Source: Mobula hypostoma
Taxonomy: Eukaryota
Reading direction: 5' to 3'
DNA: 64,000 bases
Assembly: GCF_963921235.1 (NCBI RefSeq)
Contig: NC_086097.1
Coordinates: 239,694,001-239,758,000 of the forward strand
Under the pieces are notes generated by a model. The model did no database searches and was not told the origin of the DNA. It saw nothing but the letters and a program-made list of their open reading frames with translations. This document shows positions 35,790 to 46,884 of this stretch, piece after piece (within the stretch, counting starts at the first letter, position 1; the number at the start of each line of letters is the position of its first letter). The position numbers and the translations under genes were made by a program.

Positions 35790-36260
35790 TGAATTTCAAA
35801 TTCTTAAGTGTCAAGATCTCTGAGGATCTAACCTGGTCCCAACATATTGATGCAGTTATAAAGAAGGCAAGACAGCATAATTTATTATGAGTTTGAAGAG
35901 ATTTTGGTACGTGAACAAATAAACTTCTATAGATGTACCGTGGAGAGCATTCTGACAGGCTGCATCACTGTCTGGTATGGGGGGCTACTGCACAGGACCG
36001 AAAGAATCTGCAGAAGTTTGTAAGTTTAGTCAGCTCCATCTTGGGTACTAGCCTACAAAGTACCCAGGACATCTTCAAGGATGGTGTCTCAGAAAGGTAG
36101 CGTCCATTATTAAGGACCTCCAGCACCCTGGGCATGCCCTTTTCTCACTGTTACCATCAGTTAGGAGGTTCAGAAGCCTAAAGGCACACACTCAGCGATT
36201 CAGGAACAGTTTCTTCCCCTCTGCCATATGATTCCTAAATGGATGTTGAACCCTTGGACA
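35790..36260 (+). mobile_element. Rex-Babar/L2-type RT C-terminal remnant
   Basis: Encodes ..ESILTGCITVWYG.. and ..FRNSFFP.. motifs. Confidence 0.7.
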
Positions 36261-36269
36261 CTACCCTTG

Positions 36270-36610
36270 GGAAGTAGAATTGAAGTGGGTGGCCACCTGG
36301 AGATCCCGCTTTTTCTGGCGGATGGAGCGTTGTCTCCCAATCTATGTCGGGTCTCAGCGATATACAGGAGGCCACACTGGGAGCACTGGACACAGTAAAT
36401 GACCCCAACAGACTCATAGACGAAGTGTCACTTTACCTGGAAGGACTGTTTAGGGCCCTGAATGGTAGTGAGGGAGGAGGTGTAGGGCTAGGTTTGGTAC
36501 TTGTTCCACTTGCAAGGATAAGGACCATGAGGGAGATCAGTGGGGAAGGACAAATGGACAAGGGAGTCATGTAGGGAGCAATCCCTGAAGAAAGCGGAGT
36601 GGAGGGTAAG
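36270..36610 (-). mobile_element. Degraded Penelope GIY-YIG fragment
   Basis: Aligns with 25715-26070. Confidence 0.7.
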
Positions 36611-36692
36611 GAAAGATTTTCACTTTTTTTTAATATATAGTATTTCTGTTTTTGCTCTATTTTTAATCTATTCAATACATGTATACTGTATA

Positions 36693-37250
36693 GAGTGGGG
36701 TGTATGGGGTGTCAGGGAGGGGTAGCATCTCTGGTGGGGGAACATGTCACGTCCTTTTCAAGGCCTTTAGTCCACCTTTGGTCCCCACCTGGCACTCAGC
36801 TCTCACCTGTGGCTCCCCGTAGCTGTTTGCATGCGACAGCGGCCACACCCCGGGCAACGGCTTCGACAGGCCGGCTAAACCAGGTGAGGGTAGCCGACGG
36901 GTCTCAAACCCTCGGTGAGATAGGGAGTTGTCTATCCCAGCATGTGAAGACAGACTCCGGCGGATTGAGCGGACGAGACCAATGGAAGGTCCAACGGTCA
37001 AGAAGGCGGTCTCTGCAAGCGTCGTGGAACGTGTAGAGCAGGACAAGACACAGAAGACGTCCTGGTCATCCACTGCGCCAAGTCCCATCTCCAGCCGTCT
37101 CGACTTCATCTTGCCACTGGATCCAGATGGGAATTGGGAAGAGAGAGTGAGGCTGACGCTGCGCAACTCTCCCTCACTTAAATCCAAATCACGCGCTAGT
37201 CTCGACACCATCAATAATGGAGTTGAGGTCCTCGTCGACAATGGACGAAC
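36693..37250 (+). mobile_element. Young CpG-rich 558-bp non-autonomous retroposon (family unassigned, possibly RTE-related)
   Basis: 8-bp TSD ACTGTATA (36685-36692 / 37251-37258). No TIRs and no recognisable protein. Confidence 0.6.
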
Positions 37251-37722
37251 ACTGTATAAAGTATACTGAATACGATTTATTTATTTATTCTTCAATATTA
37301 TGTATTGCATTGAACTGCTGCTGTTATGTTAACGAATTTCACATTACGTGATGGTAATAATAAACCTGATTTTGATTCTAAAAGCAAGGACATTATGCTG
37401 AGGCTTTAAGAGCACTGGTGAGGTCTCACTTGGAGTATCGAGAGCAGTTTAGGGCTACCTATTTGCGAAAGGCCATGCTGACATTGGAGAGTGTTCAAAG
37501 GAGTTTCACAAAGATAATCCTGCAAATGAAAGGTCTACCACATGAGGAGCATTTGATGGCTCTGGGCCTGTACTCGCTGCAATTCAGGAGAATGAGGGGG
37601 GATCTCACCTATCGAATGTTGAAAGGCCTAGATGGAAACCATAGAAACCATAGAAACCATAGAAACTACAGCACAGAAACAGGCCTTTCGGCCCTTCTTG
37701 GCTGTGCCAAACCATTTTCTGC

Positions 37723-40530
37723 CTAGTCCCACTGACCTGCACACGGACCATATCCCTCCATACATCTCCCATCCATGTATCTGTCCAATTTATTCTTAAA
37801 TGTTAAAAAAGAACCCGCATTTACCACCTCATCTGGCAGCTCATTCCATACTCCCACCACTCTCTGTGTGAAGAAGCCCCCCCTAATGTTCCCTTTAAAC
37901 TTTTCCCCCCTCACCCTTAACCCATGTCCTCTGGTTTTTTCCTCCCCTTGCCTCAGTGGAAAAAGCCTGCTTGCATTCACTCTATCTATACCCATCATAA
38001 TTTTATATACCTCTATCAAATCTCCCCCATTCTTCTATGCTCCAGGGAATAAAGTCCTAACCTATTCAACCTTTCTCTGTAACTGAGTTTCTCAAGTCCC
38101 GACAACATCCTTGTAAACCTTCTCTGCACTCTTTCAACCTTATTTATATCCTTCCTGTAATTTGGTGACCAAAACTGAACACAATACTCCAGATTCGGTC
38201 TCACCAATGCCTTATACAACCTCATCATAACATTCCAGCTCTTATACTCAATACTTTGATTAATAAACGCGAATGTACCAAAAGCTCTCTTTACGAACCT
38301 ATCTACCTGTGACGCCACTTTTAGGGAATTTTGTATCTGTATTCCCAGATCCCTCTGTTCCACTGCACTCCTCGGTGCCTTACCATTAACCCTGTATGTT
38401 CTACCTTGATTTGTCCTTCCAACGTGCAATACCTCACACTTATCTGTATTAAACTCCATCTGCCATTTTTCAGCCCATTTTTCCAGCTGGTCCAAGTCCC
38501 TCTGCAGACTCCGAAAACCTTCCTCACTGTCTACTACACCTCCAATCTTTGTATCATCAGCAAATTTGCTGATCCAATTTACCACATTATCATCCAGATC
38601 ATTGATATAGATGACAAATAACAATGGACCCAGCACTGATTCCTGTGGCACACCACTAGTCACAGGCCTCCACTCAGAGAAGCAATTCTCTACCACCACT
38701 CTTTGGCTTCTTCCATTGAGCCAATGTCTAATCCAATTTACCACCTCTCCATGTATACCTAGCGACTGAATTTTCCTAACTAACCTCCCATGCGGGACCT
38801 TGTCAAAGGCCATACTGAAATCCATGTAAACAATATCCACTGCCTTCCCTTCATCCACTTTCCTGGTAATCTCCTCGAAAAACTCCAATAGATTGGACAA
38901 ACATGACCTACCACACACAAAGCCATGTTGACTCTCCCTAATAAGTCCCTGTCTATCCAAATGCTTGTAGATTCTGTCACTTAGTACTCCCTCCAATAAC
39001 TTACTACTACCGACGTTAAACTTACCGGCCTATAATTTCCCGGATTACTTTTCGATCCTTTTTTAAACAACGGAACAACATGAGCCACTCTCCAATCCTC
39101 CGGCACCTCACCTGTAGACAGCGACATTTTAAATATTTCTGCCAGGGCCCCTGCAATTTCAACACTAGTCTCCTTCAAGGTCCGAGGGAACACCCTGTCA
39201 GGTCCCGGGGATTTATCCACTTTAATTTTCCTCAAGACAGCAAGAACCTCCTCCTTTTCGATCTGTACAGTTTCCATGATCTCACGACTTGTTTCCCTTA
39301 ATTCCATAGACTTCATGCCAGTTTCCTTAGTAAATACAGACGCAAAAAACCTATTTAAGATCTCCCCCATTTCCTTTGGTTCCGCACATAGCCGACCACT
39401 CTGATCTTCAAGAGGACCAATTTTATCCCTTACAATCCTTTTGCTCTTCATATACCTGTAAAAGCTCTTTGGATTATCCTTCACTTTGACTGCCAAGGCA
39501 ACCTCATGTCTTCTTTTAGCCCTCCTGCTTTCTTTCTTAAGTATTTTCTTGCACTTCTTATACACCTCAAGCACCTTATTTACTCCCTGCTTCCTATACA
39601 TGTCATACAACTCCCTTTTCTTCTTTATCAGAGTTGCAATATCCCTTGAGAACCAAGGTTCCTTATTCCTATTCACTTTGCCTTTAATCCTGACAGGAAC
39701 ATACAAATTCTGCGCTCTCAAAATTTCTCCTTTGAAGGCTTCCCACCTACCAATCACATCCTTTCCAGAGAACAACCTGTCCCAATCCACGCTTTTTAGA
39801 TCCTTTCTCATTTCTTCAAATTTGGCCTTCTTCCAGTTAAGAACCTCAACCCTAGGACCAGATCTATCCTTGTCCATGATCAAGTTGAAACTGATGGTGT
39901 TATGATCACTGGAACCAAAGTGCTCCCCTACACAGACTTCTGTCACTTGTCCTAACTCATTTCCTAACAGGAGATCCAATATTGCATCCCCCCTATTTGG
40001 TCCCTCTATATATTGATTTAGAAAACTTTCCTGAACACATTTTACAAACTCTAAACCATCTAGACCCCTATGGGAGGTCTAGGAGACCCAATCAATGTAT
40101 GGAAAATTAAAATCCCCTAACACCTCAACTTTATGTTTCCTGCAGTTGCCTGCTATCTCTCTGCAGATTTGGTCTTCCAATTCTCGTTGACTATTGGGTG
40201 GTCTGTAATACAATCCCACTAATGTGGCCATACCTTTCCTGTTTCTCAGCTCCACCTATAAGGACTCAGTAGACAAGCCCTCTAATCTGTCCTGGCTGAG
40301 CACTGCTGTAATATTTTCCCTAACAAGCAATGCTACTCCCCCACCTTTCATTTCTCTGCCTCGATCACATCTGAAACATCGGAACCCTGGAATATTAAGC
40401 TGCCAGTCCTACCCCTCCTGTAGCCAAGTTTCACTAATTGCTATAACGTCATAATTCCACTTGTCAATCCATGCCCTCAACTCGTCCGCCTTCCCCGCAA
40501 TACTCCTAGCATTGAAATATATACACCTCA
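37723..40530 (-). pseudogene. CR1 ORF2 (APE + RT), frameshifted
   Basis: LRCIYFNARSI..ISETWL in ORF 40409-40651, then ORFs 38981-39979, 38016-38996 (FADD) and 37723-38019. Confidence 0.9.
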
Positions 40531-41545
40531 GAAGATTTTTACCACCACTCACAACCTTTCTATTAGCGGATTTGCTTGAACTTTTAACATCATTTATTTT
40601 CACCCCAGCCACACTGTCAGCTCTGTCACTCTGGTTCCCATCCCCTTGCAAATCTAGTTTAAAGCCCCCCCAATAGCATTAACAAACCTCCCTGAAAGGA
40701 TATTGGTCCCCTTGTAGTTCAAGTGTAACCCATCTCTCTTGTACAGGTCCAGAAGAGGTCCCAATGATCCTGAAATCTGAAACCCTGCCCCCTACACCAG
40801 TTCCTCAGCCACCTGTTCATTCTCCAGAGCATCCTATTCCTACCCTCGCTGGCACCTAGCACAGGTAGCAATCCTGAGATTACCACCCTCGAGGTCCTGC
40901 TTTTCAACTTCCTACCAAGCTCTCTACACTCACTCTCCAGGACCTCCTCACTCTTCCTTGCTATGTCATTGGTACCCATGTGCACCACAATATCTGGCTG
41001 ATCACCCTCTCACTTCAGAATGTCATGCAATCGATCAGAGACATCCTTGACCCTGGCACCCAGGAGGCAACAAACCATCCTGGATTCTCTGTCACGACCA
41101 CAGAACCTCCTATCTGCACCTCTAACTATTGAGTCCCCTATCACTACCGCTCTCTTTCCCCCCCTCCCTTCTGCACTGCAGAGTCAGACACAGTGTCAGA
41201 GATCCGGCTACCGCAGCTTGTCCCAGGTAAGTCAACCCCCCCAACAGTATCCAATGCGGTATACTTGTTGTTGAGGGGAATGGCCACAGGGGAACCCTGC
41301 TCTGCCTGCCCTTTCCTCTTCCCTCACCTGACAGTGACCCAATTTCCTGACCTCTGCTCCTTTGGCGTAACTACCTCCCTGTCGCTACGATCTATAATCT
41401 CCTCATTCTCCCGAATGATCCGCAGGTCATCCAGCTCCTGCTCCAGTTCCCTAACGCAGTTTGTTAGGAGCTGCAGCTGGATGCACTTCCTGCAGGTGTC
41501 GTTGTCAGGGACACCGGAGGGCTCCCTGATTTCCCACATTCCCAC
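40531..41545 (-). pseudogene. CR1 ORF1 (Zn-finger, coiled coil, SGNH esterase), disrupted
   Basis: ..MWEIR..CRKCIQLQLLTNCVRELEQELDDL.. and VHMGTND..VVISGLLPV. Confidence 0.85.
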
Positions 41546-41619
41546 ATGGAGTTGATGCACAGATGATGTTTCCTATAGTGGGTGAATCTAGGACCAGAGG
41601 CCATAACTTCAGAATAGAG

Positions 41620-41930
41620 CGGCGTATAGGGTGCCGTGGCAATGCAGCAGTTTGTGTAATGCTGTTACAGTTCAGGGCATTCCAGAGTTTGGAATTTATA
41701 ACCGCACCATTCCATAAGGAGTCACTGTACATCTTCCCTGTGGAATGTGTGGGTTTTCTCCAGATCTGCCAGTGTCCTCGTACAGTCCGAAGACCAGATA
41801 GCTTAACTGGTCATTGTAAGTTGTCCCACGATTAGGTTGGGGTTAATTGGGTTTTCAGGGGTTGCTCGGGCTGCATGTATCAAACAGCCAGAAAGGTCTA
41901 CTCTGAGGTGTATTATTAAATAAATAAATA
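41620..41930 (+). mobile_element. V-SINE-like remnant
   Basis: GTGGGTTTTCTCCAG core, GGTCATTGTAAGTTGTCCC and a (TAAA)n tail. Confidence 0.55.
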
Positions 41931-42257
41931 TCAGAGTAGTTTGTTTAGAAATTTGCTGGAAACAACAGCATATGAAATGCAGTCAACTGTTGTTCAAACA
42001 TGTTTGCAGAAAAACAAAGAACAGTTGGTGTATCTGGGATTTTAATTAGTTTGGGGATTTTCATAACAATATGAAAAGTGTCGATGTTTTCAGTAGGAGT
42101 AAAGTTCAAAGTAAATTTATTATCAAAGTACATTAATGCACCATATAGTACGCTGAGATTCATTTCCTTGCAGGCATTCACAGTAGAATAAAGAAATACA
42201 ATAGAATCAATGAAAAACTACACGCAAGCAAAGACTGACAAACAATGTACAAAACAA

Positions 42258-42603
42258 ACATAGAAACATAGAAAACCTACAGCACAATACAGGGCCTTTG
42301 GCCCACAACGTTGTGCCGAACATGCCCCTTCCTTAAAAATTACTAGGCTTACCTATAGCCCTCTATTTTTCTAAGCTCCATGTACCTATCCAAAAGTCTC
42401 TTAAAAGACCCTATTGTATTTGACTGTTGCCGGCAGCCCATTCCACGCACTCACCACTCTCTGAGTAAAAAACTTACCCCTGACATCTCCTCTGTACCTA
42501 CTCCCCAGCACCTTAAACCTGTGTCCACTTGTGGCAACCATTTCAACCCTGGGAAAAAGCCTCAGACTATCCACACGATCAATGCCTCTCATCATCTTAT
42601 ACA
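42258..42603 (-). mobile_element. CR1 3' fragment
   Basis: ORF 42401-42604 ..FFTQRVVSAWNGLP.. with (CATAGAAA) tail. Confidence 0.85.
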
Positions 42604-44865
42604 CAAGAAGGCAAACTGTGCAAATAAAAGTGATAATAAATAAATAAATAATACTGAGAAAATGAGTTTTAGAGCCCTTGAAAGTGAGTCGATTGGTTGT
42701 GGAGTCAGTTTGGCGATGAGGTTATCCACATTGGTTCAGACCCCTGATGATTGAAGGATATTATTAAATTGTTCCAGATATGTACAATTATAAGACCTTG
42801 AAACCACAAGGGATAGGGGCAAAATTAGGCCATTCAGCCCATCGAAACTGCTCCATCATTTTGTCATGGCTGATACATTTCCCTCTCAACCCTACTCTCC
42901 TGCCTTTTTCCCATAAACTTTCGGGTCCGAAATTATCAAGAATCTATCAACCTCCATCTTAAGTACACCCAATAACCTGGCCTCCACAGTATGCTGTGGC
43001 AAAGAACTCCACAGATTCACCACCCTCTGGTGAAAGAATTTCTTTCTCATTTTATGCTCCATAACCATTCTGCTCAGAAGGCATATTGCATCTTTCTCCA
43101 ATATCCTGAACCTTTGTGATATTTTCCATTGCTTCTGATAGATTTACTTAGCATGCTAGTGTTCGTCAAAGGAAGAAGTTCACAACTTCTAAGTATCATT
43201 ATCTTTTGTGAAGAGCAGAAATGATTCTTTCACAAAGTACAATGTTATCTTGTTAAGAGCTTCAAATCTCAAAGCTTCTTGTATTAATCTTCAAATCCTG
43301 AAGCTCCTTGTGTAATTGGATCCACGATTTCCTCACTTACAAATCCCAGTCAATTCAGATTGGCAACAAAGGCAGTGATGAATTAGCATATGAGAGGGAT
43401 GGTGATAATCTGGTTTGTGATGCCATAACAGTAACTTCTTAAAAACAGAATAAAACAGCAGAACAAGCCCCTTTCCACCCTCTTACAGACACGGGCCTCA
43501 AACCCCAGGACAGGCCATCTCCAGGCCTCCAGTCCTTGGCCCCAGACTCTCCAACTTGCAGACTTTGGGCCTTCAACATTCAGTCTCTGGCCCAGACTCC
43601 CAGACTTGACCTTTGTGTCTCTACCTAACAGACTAGCGAATTTGGTCTTCGACCTGTTGGGCTTTCTACCTCCGGACATTGACCTGCAATAAGTTTTTGT
43701 TACAAGAACAACCACAGAGGTCATCTCCACCAATCATTCTCCACCTTCCTAGTTTTAGGAGATGAAACATCTGACATTTAACTCTTCCTTACCCACCGAT
43801 GGTAGAGGGATTGGATACTTGTGGAAGGAGTACTAATTTAGTGGGCTGGCTTGTACTGAAAAGGTCAATAGATAATATTGAAATAGTTGAGTCTTTTGGT
43901 TGTGGAGTCAGTTCAGATTTGAAATGAGTGATGTTATCCACAGCAGTTTATGAGCCTGTTGGTATTAGGGTAATAATTTTCTTAAGGCAGCACTTCTTGT
44001 AAACATTCTCAATGGTGGGGAGGCCTTTGCCTGTGATGGACTGGGCTCTATCCACCACTTTTCCTAGACTTTTCTGTTCCTGGGCATTGGTGTTTCCATA
44101 CCAGGCTGTGATACATCTAATCTTCCATCTGGACACATTGCGCCTTCCAAATTCATGATCAAGTTTCAGTTAACCAGATTTCCCTGACTCTACCAGAGCT
44201 ATCCATTGTGGGAGAAGCAAGGATATTGGGGATATTGAAGAAACTTAAATAGGAATGTGTATGATTGAGAAATAGAGGGCCAGATAGGAGGGAAGTGTTA
44301 GGTTGATCTTACTAAAAGCTAAAAGGTTGGCACAACATCATAGGTGAAGATGTTCTTTGTTATATGTTCTATTCCACAAAGAAATGCTGATGGTTAATGG
44401 GTAAGAGAGCTTCAGTTTCATTAACTGATGTGTAATTAGCACCATAAACCATGGACAAGAAGGCTGACATAACTGTTTTCAGATCTATTTGCCCCAGTCA
44501 CACACTTAAACTCCTGACCAGGGTTTCAGGTTGTAATATGCCTGAGAGGTTTATTTTAATGAGGGGCTCTGAATAAAATGAGCAATAAAGCCCAAGCTCA
44601 TTTTAAATATGTGAGCTTATTGCTGACATTTTCCTTTGGAATTTTGTTACTGGATTTTATTATGTTAAAATTCAAACTTCAAAGTAAACTTATTATCAAA
44701 GTACATATATATCACTATATACTGTACACCCCTGAAATTCATTTTCTTGTGGACATATTCAATAAATCTATAATATAACCATAGCCAAATCAATGAAAGA
44801 CCAAAGCAACATGGATGTTCACCAGTATGCAAATGACAACAAGCTGTGCAAATACAAATGAAAGA

Positions 44866-44866
<1 letters not shown>

Positions 44867-44895
<29 letters not shown>
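44867..44895. repeat. (AAT)n microsatellite
   Basis: Direct read of about 9 AAT units. Confidence 0.9.
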
Positions 44896-44897
<2 letters not shown>

Positions 44898-45821
44898 ATT
44901 AATAAGCAGTAAATATTGAAAACTTGAAGTGAAAATTCCTTGAAAGTGAGTCCATAGGTTATGGGAACGTTTCCATGATGACGCAAGTGAATGGGGTGAA
45001 GTTATCCTGTTTGATTCAGGAGCCTGGTAACTGTTCTTGGGGCTCCCGTACCTTCTTCCTGATCATGGCAGTGAGGAGAGAGCTTGCTCTGGGTGGTGTG
45101 TGTCCTGGATGATGGATGCTACTTTCTTACAACAACAGTTCATATAGACCAGGGGTCCCCAACCTTTTTTGCACTGCGGACCGGTTTAATATTGACAATA
45201 TTCTTGCCGACCGGCCGACCCGGGGGGGTGGGGGTAGGGTTGCCAACGGACAAGAGTAGCAGTCAAATACGTTGTGTTTACCCCGAGAAAGACTACCATG
45301 ACCATAAAGCTTTACGCGGGCACCAGTGAGCATGCGTGTATGTGCCGATTTTTTCCACAAGTCGTTCTTGGCGATTCTGTTCCGGGGGTGGGGGGGTGTT
45401 AATCACAACTGGAATATAGGTGATAAGTGGCTAGTACACTCAATTTCATTTCTAAAAGGGTTTATCTAATGAATTTAATATTAATAACACAGCGCATATT
45501 TTCCTCGCATGAATATAGTGATAAGTCAATTATCAGGGGAGGACAGGGGAGCTTGAAGTAAGTGTTGAACGAACATCCAGTAGAAGTGGTAGAGGCAGGT
45601 TCGATATTATCATTTAAAGAAAAATTGTATAGGTATATGGACAGGAAAGGAATGGAGGGTTATGGGCTGAGTGCAGGTAGATGGGACTAGGTGAGAGTAG
45701 CGTTCGGCATGGACTAGGAGGGCAGATATGGCCTGTTTCCATGCTGTAATTGTTATATGGTTATATAAGTCACTTATAAGACAATGGCATCATAACATTT
45801 TAAATAACATTTGGATATTTG

Positions 45822-46301
45822 GATTCCTGGGATGGCAGGACTTCCATATGAAGAAAGACTGGATGAACTGGGCTTGTACTCGTTGGAATTTAGAAGATTG
45901 AGGGGGGATCTGATTGAAACGTATAAAATCCTAAAGGGATTGGACAGGCTAGATGCAGGAAGATTGTTCCCGATGTTGGGGAAGTCCAGAACGAGGGGTC
46001 ACAGTTTGAGGATAGAGGGGAAGCCTTTTAGGACCGAGATTAGGAAAAACTTCTTCACACAGAGAGTGGTGAATCTGTGGAATTCTCTACCACAGGAAAC
46101 AGTTGAGGCCAGCTCATTGGCTATATTTAAGAGGGAGTATGGAGTATGGCCCTTGTGGCTACGGGGGTCAGGGGGTATGGAGGGAAGGCTGGGGCGTGGT
46201 TCTGAGTTGGATGATCAGCCATGATCATAATAAATGGCGGTGCAGGCTCGAAGGGCCGAATGGCCTACTCCTGCACCTATTTTCTATGTCTCTATGTTTC
46301 T
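45822..46301 (+). mobile_element. Young CR1 3' fragment
   Basis: ORF 45811-46224 and (TTTCTATG)n tail. Confidence 0.9.
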
Positions 46302-46371
46302 AAACACACAGCGCATATTTTCCCCATATGATCATATAAAATCATTGCAACGCACCAATATCACTGAATCA

Positions 46372-46680
46372 GTGGGAGCCCTGGGCTGAATACTTGTTTT
46401 CTTGCAACAAGACGGTCCTATCGAGGGGTGATGGGAGACAGCAATACTTGAAGGGGATTCCTTATGTCCAGTCTATTCCGCAATTTAGTTTTCGTTGCAT
46501 TCATTGCAGGGATATGTTGGAAATGGAAGCAACGTTTTCAGTGCTTTTGTGGCTATCTCAGGATATTTAGCCTTGACTTTGATCCAGAATGCCGGCAGAG
46601 ATGTTATGTCAAACATACTTTTCAGCCTGTCGTCATTTGCAAGCTGGAGGAGTTGATCTTCATCCTGCGCTGACAGGGAT
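46372..46680 (-). pseudogene. hAT transposase C-terminal dimerisation domain remnant
   Basis: QLLQLAND..SLPAFWIKVKAKYPEIATKALKTLLPFPT, then in a shifted frame TKTKLRNRLD..AQGSH*. Confidence 0.85.
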
Positions 46681-46884
46681 GACGCGCGGGTAATGACCTC
46701 GCGTGCGTTCAAACTCCACAGTGCGCGTGACAGGGAATGAGGAAAGGTGCAACTGACTCCTATCACCAAATCATATCGTTTCCTCGCGGCCCGGTAGAAC
46801 ATGCTTTGCGGCCCGGTAGTTGGGGACCGCCGATGTAGATGTGCTCAGTGATGGGGACGGCTTTACCTGTGATGGGCAAGGTCG

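Larger units (their letters stand above)
28990..35790 (+). mobile_element. Degraded head-to-tail array of CR1 5' portions; the last copy extends through ORF2
   Basis: ORF1 esterase segment (RTSRLVISGLLPV) recurs near 29060, 31790 and 33005. ORF1 Zn-finger (CxxCxMW) at 30101 and 32331. RT remnants at 34400-35790 resume at 37380. Confidence 0.75.
37637..41545 (-). mobile_element. Near full-length CR1 LINE (ORF1+ORF2, frameshifted, lacks 5' UTR)
   Basis: (CATAGAAAC)n tail. ATGGA duplicated at 37632-37636 / 41546-41550. Nested in an older + strand CR1. Confidence 0.93.
45150..46832 (-). mobile_element. Internally deleted hAT (Charlie/Buster-type) transposon with two nested CR1 fragments
   Basis: TIRs CAGGGGTCCCCAAC / GTTGGGGACCGCCG. 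8-bp TSD ATATAGAC / ATGTAGAT (6 of 8 match). Confidence 0.85.

Noticed and set aside
36700..36790. Possible HDV-like ribozyme at the 5' end of the 558-bp element
   Set aside because: A canonical P1/P1.1/P3/L3 with a catalytic C could not be built by eye; the pairings needed many G-U pairs.
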